Assembly (NCBI RefSeq): GCF_009914755.1
Contig: NC_060930.1
Reading direction: 5' to 3' (one strand)
DNA: 64,000 nt
DNA from: the human T2T-CHM13v2.0 reference genome, Homo sapiens
In this document: one piece after another, positions 46,005 to 64,000 of the stretch
Numbering within the stretch: the first letter of the stretch is position 1
Layout: the number at the start of each line of letters is the position of its first letter
Made by a program: the position numbers and the translations under genes
The notes under the pieces: generated by a model
The model's database searches: none
What the model saw: the letters and a program-made list of their open reading frames with translations, nothing else
Told to the model about the DNA's origin: nothing

Positions 46005-47080
46005 GCATGTTATCTGTTTGTAACAAATTGCCCTAAAATTTTGCAGCTTAAAATACCAAACATTTATTATCTCATATTAATTGTGGATCAGGAATTCGGG
46101 AGCAGCTTTACTGGGCAATTTGTCGTCAGAGTTCTTCATGAGGTTGCAGTCAGGATTTTGGCCAAGGCACCAGTCATCTGAAGGCTTGACTCAAATGACT
46201 GTTGGCAGGAGGCCTCAGTTTCTCACCATGTGGGCTTCACAACATAGTAGCTGGCTTCCCTCAAAGTAAGTGATCTTGGAGAGAGGGAGATAGAAGCCAT
46301 AATGTCTTTGATGACCTGATGACCTGGGCAAAGAAGCAATATTCCGTTGTTTCCATATTGGTTATACAAGTCAGCTCTACTCAGTGTAAGAAGAGACTGC
46401 ACAAGAGTGTGAGTATCAAGAGGCAGGGATCACTAGAGCCATCTTAGATACTGGCTACTATAAACATCTTTTATGTTATGTACAAAATAAAAAGTAGCCA
46501 TCTAAAGGTTTTTACCAGAGACCTCTAGGTCTATCATAGTCAGCACAGATCAGGTTAGAGGTCAGCAAACTTTCTTAAATGGTAAAAGTAAATATTTTAG
46601 GCTTGCAGCCCATACAATCTCTGTTTCAACTACTTACCTGGGTGGCAGCATGGAAGTAGCCATAGATAATACATAAACAAATACATGTGCCTGTGTTCCA
46701 ACAAAACTGTATAAAAACAGGCAGCTTGCCTGCAGGTTGCAGGTTGCCCTGGACTAAATTATACTGAAATAAAACCCCCAAAATCTCAGCGGCTTAAACT
46801 ACAAAGCTTTGTTATTCACTCACGATGAGTGAGTTATAGGCTTTCAGGAATTCAGAATTATGGAGAATCACATGTTTCCACGATCCCTGAAGCAGAAAAC
46901 AGAGACGAGACAAATCCCACACTGGCTTTTAAAGCTTCCACCTGGAAGTGATATCAATCTCACTCTAATTTCTTTGGCCAAAGCAAGTTACATGACTACC
47001 CCTAACTTCATGAGATCAAGGAAATACAAATACAAGCCTACCAAGTGCCCAAAGAGGTGGTGAAGCAGATATATTTGGTG
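46005..47080. mobile_element. MLT1 LTR fragments and a MER58A-like element (~46552-46755)
   Basis: gttggcaggaggcctcagtttctcaccatgtggg (MLT1); ggtcagcaaact..gtaaatattttaggctt (MER58). Confidence 0.7.
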
Positions 47081-48261
47081 ATATGAACACTAGAAGCATA
47101 CTATTTACCATTCTTTTGCTCTTGGTTTACCTTTAAACCTTTAGTTGAAGCTGACACTGTTAGCAACGTTAGGAGAACTCACTCACTATGGAAACGCCAG
47201 ACTATAAAGTCTATTTTTAGTCACATTTTGCTTTTGCTTTTCCCCAAACCACTCTTGTCCTACCTGCTTCAACTCTTCTGGATGTATCTATTGTCATTGC
47301 TTTCAGCAGACAATGTTTATGCTATAAAACTTAAGTTTTTGCTTAATGTAGAATAATTAGCAATTTTTTTTTTTCTGCCTGAAATGGAGCTTCACTACTC
47401 AGCTTCCAATTCAGAGACAGCCTTCCTAATGTTTCCAGAAAAAAGAAATATAAGCAGTTAGTTATCTACCTCCTCTTCTACAACAGTAGAGAAGTTAATC
47501 AATTACAAATATTTGTTGAATACCTACTATATAATCACACTGTGCTGTGTGTTTTGAAGGCTACAGAAAAATAAACACTTGTTCCCAAAGAGTTTTAGGT
47601 AGTTACCAAAATAATAATAAACATCTAAAAAGAGTGAGTAATACTAGACTGTATAATTAAGAACTGAAATGTGATTGACAGGCATTGAGCAGGATAACAG
47701 TAAGATAAGTAGGAGGTCAATGAAAGCTGAGTTAGATGAGATTCACAAAGGAAGCGTACTCAAGTTTTGAAAGTTGGTAAGAATTTTGCTGGATTTAAGT
47801 GGAAGAAGAGAGGGAAGAGAAGAATGAAATTTCTGAAAAGGAAACATAATAATTGAGGGCATGAAGGTGGATTTTAGCCTGGTATATCCATGAGACAGTG
47901 AAGATATCAATCTAAATACAATGGAAGATGCACATTTAGAAAGAGCAGAAAATGCTTGAGAAAAGATAGAATGAAGCTCTGGTTCAAGATGGCAGCCTGA
48001 ACACACACTCTTTGGTCTCTCTCTCTCGCAATACACAATTAAAAAGAGTAATAAATAATTTTCAAGTGAACAAAGCCAGAACACCTAAGAGAATGGGAGG
48101 AGGGCAATTAGTAGACAATAGTTTTTAACTAAATGCTCATAAACTGATGCTGGTGTTGACACCCCAGTTAAAGCCCTCTTTCTTGGCTCCCTGACACTTT
48201 TTCCTGAAGGGAAGCCTTTCTGTTTAGCACTCTCTACTTGACTGATTAGAACTTCCTGTCA

Positions 48262-48599
<338 letters not shown>

Positions 48600-49769
48600 T
48601 CAGCCTCTTCTATTTTCTGGACAATTAACTAGCAGGAAAACAGCTCTGTATAAAATAATAAAGGAAACACACAGGAAAATCAGCTAATTTCCTCTTCTTC
48701 TTTTTAACATAAAAAAGTATCCCTAAATCACTGGACACATGAAGAAAATCAGCTACAAGCAATTCGAAAACTGGAAGAAGCAAAAATAAAGGCTGACTAC
48801 ACAAGAAACAATTTGGGGAACAGAAAAATAGCTTTTTAAGCCTCTAGTTAGTATTCTCAGAGGTAGTTTAGAAAATTAATACATGAAATCACAATGAGAT
48901 GCTACAAATAAAGCACAATTAGAGAACATGAAAGAGCACTTGGAAGTTAATAATAAACTTGTCACATTTCAAAATTGGTCAAAATATGACATTAGAAAAA
49001 AGGAGAAAGAAAAAAACTAGAAAACATAAAACTCCTAGAGGTCTAATCCCAGTTCAAGCTCTAACCAATAGGAATTCCAGAAAGAAAACCTAGGGAAAAA
49101 TGCAAGAATAGAAGTTACTGCAGAAAATATGCCAAAGCTGAGATACCCATGAATCTTCAGATTGAAAGGGCATACTGAAAGACAAGCAAGATAATAGTAG
49201 ATGAAATAAGGAAAAAGATAAGATTCAAAAGGCATCCAGAACAGAGACAAATAGGTCACCTACATGGGAATGAAAATCAGACTGACAACAGGCTAAATAT
49301 CTAGAATTATCAGATATCAGAAAACAATAGTGTCTTTTCAACGGATAGTGCTAGAACAACTGGGTATACATATTAGCAGGGGGAGGGTCTTAACCACTAC
49401 ATCAAACCATGCGCAAAGACTGTGATGACTCTTGGACCTAAATGCAGTAGCTAAAGCAAAAATATAGAAAACACAGGAAAATATTTTCATGACTTAAGGG
49501 TGGGCAAAGTTTTTTAGATAAGACACTAAAAGCAAAACCTTGGTAGAAACAATTGACAAATCAAAATCACCAATTTTTAAAACATTTGTTTATCAAAAAC
49601 ATTGTTAAGAAAATAAATAGACAAGTCACAACCTGGGAAAAAATTCTGTAAAACATATATTTGACAAAGGATTAGAATTCAGAATGTGTAAAGAATCCAT
49701 ACAACTTATTAATAAAAAGATAAACAATCAATTTTTAAACATGAGTTAAAGATTGAATCAGACACCCCC

Positions 49770-51710
49770 TGATATGGTTTGCCTGTGTCCCCACCCAAAT
49801 CTCATTTTGAATTGTAGCTCCCACAATTCCCATGCATCATGGGAGGGACCCAGTCAGAGGTAATTGAATCATGGGGCCAGGTCTTTCCTGTGCTCTTCTC
49901 ATGATAGTGACTAAGTCTCAAGAGATCTGATGGTTTTATAAAGAGGAGTCCCCCTGCACAAGTTCTCTCTCTTTGCTTGCTGCCATCCATGTAAGACGTG
50001 ACTTGCTCCTCCTTGCCTTTGCCATGATTCTGAAGCCCCCCCAGCCATTTGGAACAATGAGTCCATTAAACCTCTTTCCTTTATAAATTAACCAGTCTCA
50101 GTTATGTCTTTATTGCAGCATGAAAATGGACAAATACAGTAAATTGGTACCAGTAGAGTGGGGTGCTGCTGTAAAGATACCCGAAGTAATGGAATCGACT
50201 TTGGAAATGGGTAACAGGGAGAGGTTGGAACAGTTTGGAGGGCTCAGGAGAAGACAGGAAAATGTGGGAAAGTTTGGAACTTCCTAGAGACTTGTTGAAT
50301 AGCTTTGACCAAAATGCTGATAATGATATGGACAATGAAATCCAGGCCAAAGTGGTCTCAGATGGAGATGAGGAACTTGTTGGGAACTGAAGTGAAGGTG
50401 ACTCTTGCTAAGTTTTAGCAAAGAGACTAGTGGCATTTTGCCCCTGCCCTAGAGACTTGTGGAACTTTTAACTTGAGGGAGATGATTTAGGGTATCTGGT
50501 AGAATAAATTTCTAAGCAGCAAAGCATTCAAGAGGTGACTTGGGTGCTATTAAAAGTATTCAGTTTTAAAAGGGAAACAGAGCATAAAAGTTCAGAAAAT
50601 TGGAAGCCTGACGATGCGTTAGAAAAGAAAATCCCATTTTCTGAGGAGAAATTCAAGCCAGCTGCCCGAATTTGCATAAGTAACAAGGAGCCAAATGTTA
50701 ATTGCCAAGACAGTGGGGAATATGTTTCCAGGGCATGTCAGAGATCTTCATGGCAGCCCCATCCATCACAGGCCTGTAGGCCTAGGAGGAAAAAATGGTT
50801 TTGTGGGCTGGGTCCAAGGCCCCCCTGTTCTGTGCAGCCTAGCAACTTGGTGCCCTGTGTCCCAGCCACCCCAGTCACGGCTAAAAGGGGCCAAGATATA
50901 GCTCAGGTGGTTGCTTCAGAGGTTACAAGCCCCAAGCCTTGGCAACTTCCACATGGTGTTGAGCCTGCAGGCGCATGGAAGTCAAGAATTGAGGTTTGGG
51001 AACCTCTGCCTAGATTTCAGAGGATGTATGGAAACACTTAGATGTCCAGGCAGAAGTTTGCTGCAGGGGTGGGGCCCTCATAAAGAACCTATGCTAGGGC
51101 AGTGTGGAAGGGAAATGTGGGGTCAGAGCCCCCACATAGAGTCCCTACTGGGGCACTGCCTAGTGGAGCTGTGAGAAGAGGGGCACCATCCTCCAGACCC
51201 CATAATGATATTCACTTACAGCTTGCAATGTGCACCTGGAAAAGCCACAGAAACTCATTGCCAACCTGTGAAAGTAGCCGGGTGGGGAGCTACACCCTGT
51301 AAAGCCACAGGGGCAGAGCTGCCCAAGGCCTTGGGAGCCTACCTCTTGCATCAGCGTGACCCGATGTGATATGAGACATGGAGTCAAAGGAGATCATTTT
51401 GGAGGTTTAAGTTTCGACTGCCCTGCTGAATTTCAGACATGCATGGGTTCTTTAGCCCCTTCATTTTGGCCAATTTCTCCCATTTGGAATGGGTGTATTT
51501 ACCCAATGCCTGTCCCCCCATTGTATCTTGGAAGTAACTAACTTGCTTTTGATTTTACCAGATCATAGGCAGAAGGGACTTGCCTTGTCTCAGATGGGAC
51601 TTTGGATTGTGGACTTTAGAGTTAATGCTGAAATGAGTTAACACTTTGGGGGATGTTGGGAAGACATGATTGGTTTTGAAATGTGAGGACATGAGATTTG
51701 GGAGGGGCCA
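49770..51710 (+). mobile_element. THE1 (MaLR): LTR 49770-50138 plus internal region 50139-51710, no second LTR
   Basis: TGATATGGTTTG..TGTCCCCACCCAAATCTCA LTR; the internal region starts gtaaattggtaccagtagagtggggtgc and ends gatttgggaggggcca. Confidence 0.92.
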
Positions 51711-52524
51711 AACTCATCACTCACATTATAAAGAAATAATGAGGTTGAATTAAATTAATAATAAAATGCTGAATTCAAAAAGGACTTTAAAAATTGGGGG
51801 ATGTTAAAAGGATGGTCAAGTAAAGATATTTAAGCAAATTTAAAAACCTTATTACCAATATTTCATTTAAAAGTTGATGTTTAATATCATAAAAGTAGGA
51901 AGGATATAATCTCATAATAAGGAACAACAACTTACATTTAATACATGTAGTCGTAATAACTAAAAAAAAACTACTAATAATAAAATGGAACCTCAAATGT
52001 CCAATATTAGGATATGATTAAATATTATTGTATATCCCTACGATGAATTACAATGAAGGCATTTAAATTATCTAGTAGCAGAGCACTTAATGGTATGAAA
52101 CAATGTCTATGATACAGTATTATATGAAAAATACAGCTTATAAACAGAAAACAAAGTATTATCAATGAGTGGAAAAATTCTGGATTTCTGTATATGGTAA
52201 AACAGCAATGTGGCAAAATCTTGAGATGGCAGGGGAAAATATAATAAATATGCTTTTAAATACCTAGCTGTACTCACAAGAGAATAAAGGATATCCCCAA
52301 AGGCCCAAAACAAAGAGGAAGATAGAAAGCAGAGCAGAAAGCTGATGGTGAAGCTGCAGCTGCCAGACACAGCTGCCAGATACAGCACTGATTTGTGCAA
52401 CAGAGAGATGTGAGTTTCATGGATGCACAGAGGACAGAAGTCAGAGCCTTGAGCTCACTCAAGGTGGGGAGTAGGAGCAAAAGTGCTTCATAAAGCCAGG
52501 AACCCTAAAGAAGTAGAACCTTGG

Positions 52525-57398
<4,874 letters not shown>

Positions 57399-57399
57399 G

Positions 57400-58750
57400 A
57401 ATATTTAAAGCATCATTATTCATAGTAGCTCCAAATAAAACATAACCTAACCTAAATGTCCATCAACAGTAGAATGGATAAATAAATTGTGATATAATAT
57501 AGGCATACAAAGAAATATTTTACAATAATAAATGATAGCTACATGCAACAACATGGATGAATCCCACAAACATTACATTGAGCGAAAGTAGCCAGACACA
57601 AAATAATGCTAACTATATAAGTTTGTATAATACAAACTATATAACCATATAAGACTATATTTATATAGGTTGAAGAAAAACAAATCTAATCTATAGTAGC
57701 AGAAGTCAAGATAGTGATTACCCTTGGGAGGAAAAAGAAAATAGTGCCCTAGTTATCTACTGGTAAGTAAAAAACCACTCTGAACTTAGCAACTTCGAAC
57801 AACCACCACAATGTGCTTTGCCAACAAGTCTGCAATTTCGGCAGGGCTTGGAGGGGACAGCTCATCTCTGCCTCAACAGCATAAGCTTGGACAGTTCAAA
57901 GGCTGGGGGCAGTGAGGGCGGGTGTTGTTGGGGACTTGAGACTTGGAGGTGAAATCACTGGGAGTCTTACCCACTTACATGTCTGGCAGTTAATGCCGAC
58001 TGTTTGCTGGGACCTCAGGGACTGTTGGCCAGAATACCTACACTTGTCCTCTCATGTAGCTGCATGGTTTTTCTTTATCATGGTGGCTGGATTCCAAGAG
58101 CAAACATCCCAAGAAACAGGAAGAGAAAGCTGCCAGTTTCTTAAGGCCTGGCCTGAAAACTGGCACAGTATCACTTCTGCAGTACTCTATGGGTTAAGCT
58201 GTCAATCTTGATTCAAGGGCAGGAGATAGAGACATTATTTCTCGATGTGAGGAATGGTGTCAAAGTAGTATTTGGGGACTATATTTTATAATCGCTGTAA
58301 GCTTTAATTAGGAGCACATGAGAGGAGAGGGTGCTTCTGGGGTTCTGGTTTCTTGAGCTAGGTGGTGATTATACAGGTATCTTCACTCTCTAATGATTCC
58401 TTCATCTGTACATATGGTTTGTGCACCTTCCTGAGCATATGTTTCAACTCCAATAAAAGAAAAGCTTAAAAAGGATGCAAACATTCTTTATGTCCAGATA
58501 TAGAACAATCCCTAAGACATAGTAACATGCTATCATGGTTAAGTACTGAGCTCTGAGGGCTTGCCTGCTGGGTTCAAATCTAGTTCTGCCAATCCTAGGC
58601 TTTGTGTCTCAGTTTTCTCATTTGTAAAATGGGGATTATAATAGCTCTTACTCCAGGAGGTTATCTCAAGGATTAAATGAGTTAAAACATGCAAAGCATT
58701 CAGAATACTAATAGAAAAATAGAAAGTGCTTGAGAACTGCTTGCTATTTT
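57400..58750. mobile_element. L1ME fragments split by an MLT1 LTR (~57745-58295), then a MIR (~58535-58750)
   Basis: aaatgtccatcaacagtagaatggataaataaattgtg (L1); ctcagttttctcatttgtaaaatggggat (MIR core). Confidence 0.75.
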
Positions 58751-58810
58751 TGTTATATTAAATGAAAATTGCAATTTGTATAGGTAAAGCAGTGTCTACA
58801 GTATGATGCC

Positions 58811-59174
58811 TTATATGGTTTGGCTGTGTCCCCACCCAAATCTCATCTCAAATTGTAGCTCCCATAATCCCCTTGTGTCATGGGAGGGACCCGGTGGGCA
58901 GTAATTGAATCATGGGGGTGGGTTTTTTCCATGTTGTTCTCATGATAGTGAATAAATCTCACAAGATCTGATGGTTTTATAAAGGGCAGTTCCCCTGCAT
59001 ACCTGCCCTTGCCTGCCACCATTTAAGATGTACCTTTGCTCCTCCTTCACCTTCTGCCATGATTGTGAGGCCTCCCCAGCCATATGGAACTGTGTGTCCA
59101 TTAAACCTCTTTTTCTTTATAAATTACCCAATTGTGAATATTTCATCATAACAGTATGAGAACAGGCTAATACA
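58811..59174 (+). mobile_element. Solo THE1 LTR
   Basis: THE1 LTR consensus with a near-perfect 5-bp TSD ATGCC/CTGCC. Confidence 0.9.
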
Positions 59175-59659
59175 CTGCCATTTGTGGGAAAATGAGTAGA
59201 CGTACCCATGGGTACAAACTAGCTATAAGATCAGGATATACAATAAACTAATAACGTTGGTTGCCTGTGGGAGGGAGATTTTTCACAGTGTAGACTTTGG
59301 TACCTTTTGAATTTTCAACTATATGAAGGCTGCATCTGGGAAATGGGTCTGGGTAGGGAAGAGGACTGTTGCTTTTTTATTGAGTGAAAGTAGCCAGACA
59401 CAAAAATTTAGTGTTATATTTTCTACAATGTACATGATAAACATACTAAAAGAAAAGACAAGATGGGTCAGATTACAGAGGGCCTTATAAAAGACCAGGC
59501 ATGGAAATTTAGAGTTGATTAAGGCCTGAAAATGGCACTGGCAATGGTGATAAAAGGATGAATTTAAACACTTAATAGAAAAAATCTAGAAAGTAAAATA
59601 TCTGGATAGAAAATGATAGAGGTAAGTGAAGAGGACACCCAAGTTTTGGTGCGAGTAAC

Positions 59660-60210
59660 TGTTACGGACTGAATTGTGCCTCCCCAAAATTCATATATTG
59701 AAATCCTAATCCCTAGTATGCTTCAGAATGTGCCTGTATTTAGAGATAAGACCTTTAAAGAGATGATTAAGGTTAAAAAATTATTAGAGAGGTGAAAAAG
59801 TTATTAGAGTGGTCTCCAATCCAATATGATTAATGTCCTTATAAGAAAAGGGAGAGAAACCAGAAATACATGCACAAAAGAAAGGCCATTGCTGGGTACA
59901 GTGGTGCATGCCTGTAATCCCAACAACTTGAGAAGCTAAAGCAGGAGCATTGCTTGAGCTCGGGAGTCTGAGGCAGCAGAATGAGACCCTGCCTCTGGTG
60001 CAAAAAATAAAATAAAATAAAAGCCATGTGAGGACCCACCAAGAAGATGGCCATCTGCAAGCCAAGGAGAGAGAGTTCAGGAGAAACCAAACCTGCCAGA
60101 ATCTTGATCTTGGACTTCTGACCCAGAGAACTGTGAGAAAATAAATTTCTGTTGTTTTAGCTATCCAGTCTGTGGTGTTTTGTTATGGCAGCCTGAGCAG
60201 ACTAAGACAG
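59660..60210 (+). mobile_element. MLT1B/C-type LTR with an inserted Alu monomer
   Basis: tgttacggactgaattgtg..ccccaaaattcatat ... ttgttatggcagcctgagcagactaagaca. Confidence 0.82.
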
Positions 60211-60300
60211 TGACTAAGAAAGTGACCATGCCATGACCACAGGCAGGAAAGTGGGAAAGGGAGCTAGTTTGAGAAGGGAGGTGATTTTGAATTGCAGCAC

Positions 60301-61456
<1,156 letters not shown>

Positions 61457-63510
61457 CTAGCAAATAGGACAGAAGCCAAGGAAGCCGAACATTTGAGGTA
61501 TGAGAAATCTTTTTTTTTTCTTTTTAATGCTGTAGAGAGAAACAGAGAAAGAAAAACCAGAAAAGAATAATGGATTTAACTAAAAAGAGGTCTTTGTTGA
61601 CCTTTTAGAAAACAGTTTCAGTGTTGCTGGGAGGATGGAAACCGCATTGCCAAGTATGCAGTAGATGAGATTGTGGATAGAGAACAAATGCAACCCCAAG
61701 GCATTTACCATCCATTTAAGAGCTTAGGTAGCCCACAGAAAGTGTGCTGGGGGCTGGGCATGACTATCCACGGAGACCTGTTGTAGCGTTGAAGGTAAAT
61801 GGGGAAGGAACCAATGAAGTGGGAGAATAAAGGAAGACCAAGTAGAAGTGAAGTCCTCTGAAGGTTTGCCTAGGATGGTTGGGAACACCTTAGATGAATT
61901 TATTTTAGAAAGGAGGGGGATAAGACTCCCAGAGAGGGAGGAGGCAAGGTGGAGAGATGGCGTACCAATACACAGAAGTAGAAATTAGAATAATTGTAGG
62001 AGCTTGAGACTTGGTAGTGGCATACACAAGAAATTCATTGAATGTGAAGTAAGGGAATGGAAGGAAAGCTTGAGGAGAGAAAGAAAACCCATTGGTAAGA
62101 TTATGAATTTCATACAGGCAAAAATTCATAAGAATTTCATACGAATTCGGTAAAAGATACCAAGCAATAGTAATACTTATTCACTAACAAAAGCTCAAGC
62201 ATCTGTAAAACAAAAGAAATAACAAAGAACTAAAGACAATCTGGGCCGTTTACGAAATCCATGTGTGTGACCTTAAAGAAGCTCTTTCCCGAATCATTTT
62301 CTGTTGTTGCATTGCTGTTTCCAGAGTTCTGGAATTCTATGCCACAAGCTGAACATTAAGGTCATTGATATCATCTGAAGCCAGGAAGAGTCTCTGCTAG
62401 GAAGACTTTTAGCACAAAATCAACTATTCTCTGCTCCAAGTAAAATGTCTAAACTGTCTGCAAAGGCAAATGGCTAAAAGCTTTGACAGGAATACTTCGT
62501 TAAGTGAGATTAGTCATGACCTCTTAGTAATATAAGCCTGAAGAAAGAAATGAAAGTTGGAAGTAAAGATATGAGTCATGCTGCAACTTGGTAGCTGGCA
62601 TTCATTCAGGAGCTCAACAATGTCAGCAGATCTTAGGCTCCTTCCTTCTGCTCTGCCAGTCCTTATTCTTGTTAACTCATAAATTCAAAATGGCTGCCAC
62701 AGCTCCCAACATCACAGTTCAAAGGCAGAAAACAGGGTAGTCAGGGTAAAAGTCTTTATCCTTCTGGGGCTACTCTTATCAGGCGAAAGATTACCTTTCC
62801 CAGTAGCCCTGTAGTAGACTTCCCCTCAAATCTCTTTGCCATATAACTGACTACTCTTAGATGTAAGGAAGGCTGACAGAAGGACACAGAATGGCTATGA
62901 CTGGCTTAGCTAATAATGACTCATCTGCTAGGGCTGGGTACATTCCCCAGACAAAATAAGGCAGTGGGGCAGGAGCAGGGAAATGGCTGTTGAGTAAGCA
63001 ACAGTGTCTGTCACAGTGAATTTAGCCCATATACATATAAGTTTGGTCTTAATTCTGTATCAAATTTTGTATGATATTTTCTGGGTTTTTGTTGTTGTTG
63101 TTACTTTTTGAACACTTCTCTACTGGACTGTATTTTCTTTGTGTTTGCATGTGTGTGTTTCCTAATAGTTTATAGGGAAATAAATTTTTGTTCTAGTGGT
63201 TACCTTATAACTACAAGTTTATATAATAAACCTAATCCTCTTTCTTCAAGCAAAACCAGTTGACTCCATACTATGAACACTGACAAAATTAGCACACTAT
63301 CACTTCCCTTTTTCTGCTGTTCTTAGTATTTATCTTCGCTTTTTTTTTTTTTTTTTTTTGTAGAGACATGGTTTCACCATGTTGGCCAGGCTGGTCTTGA
63401 ACTCCTGGCCTCAAGTGATCCACCCACTTAGGCCTCCCAAAGTGCTAGGATTATAGGCGTGAACCACCACGCCTGGCCTTTATCTTTGCGTTTCTAAATA
63501 TACTTATTCT

Positions 63511-63550
63511 ATTAGGTTGGTGCAAAAGTAATTGCGGTTTTTGCCACGTA
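63511..63550. mobile_element. MADE1 (Hsmar1 MITE) half element; Alu monomers at ~63340-63478 (-) and ~63880-64000 (+)
   Basis: ttaggttggtgcaaaagtaattgcggttttt, the Hsmar1 terminal inverted repeat. Confidence 0.85.
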
Positions 63551-64000
63551 CTTGATTTATCATCTTTAGATGATTTATTTCCATCCCTGGCTATTAAAAT
63601 AATGAAATCAGCACAACTTAAACTACCTCCCTCTCTTCGTCACCTTTTCTCTCCCCACTATTGTTCGTTTTATACTTTCTTGATAGCAGGCGAGAATTAG
63701 AAAGAATGTAGGTGCTTGGTACTTTTACTGACATATAAGGGAGATTTTCTTGCTTAGGAGGATGGAAAGGAGATGGCTTTCACTTTGATAATGGAACCAA
63801 ACGTATGGCCTGGTCATGAAGGAAGGACAAGCTTCTAACCCAAGGTTATTTTCATGAGATATGAAAGGAAAAATATCAGCTCCAGGTGTGCTGGCACAGA
63901 GTCCCAGCTACTCAGGAGGCTGGGGCAAGAGGATCATTTGAGCCCAGGAGTTTGAGTCCAGCTTGGGCAACATAGCAAGACCTATCTCTAAATAAATCAA

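Noticed and set aside
50535-51041. 168-aa ORF
   Set aside because: It is a remnant of the THE1 internal region, broken by stops on either side.

Overview
Human (primate) genomic DNA, recognisable from the spliced translations as the 6p22.3 ACOT13-C6orf62 locus. Two genes converge. On +: the 3' part of ACOT13 (THEM2, hot-dog-fold acyl-CoA thioesterase), with a cassette exon at 6531-6819 and coding exons at 17009-17193 and 20583-20739; exon 1 lies upstream of the window. On -: the complete 5-exon, 229-aa C6orf62 CDS (37801->25260) with a uORF-rich leader and a CpG-island promoter (~38.5-41 kb). The rest is repeat-dense intron or intergenic DNA: dozens of Alus, the 5' end of a HERV-W (LTR17) provirus nested in a MER4 element, MaLR (THE1/MST/MLT1), L1M, L2, MIR and MER DNA transposons. 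Almost all ORFs in the supplied track are Alu/LTR/low-complexity artefacts. I see no new multi-gene system. The strongest leads are (1) a 680-bp polyadenylated, TSD-flanked orphan retro-insertion, (2) a templated insertion with double fold-back, (3) a stop-first ACOT13 cassette exon, (4) a cluster of short uORFs upstream of C6orf62, and (5) potentially overlapping 3' ends of the two genes. Repeat subfamily names and boundaries are by eye and approximate.
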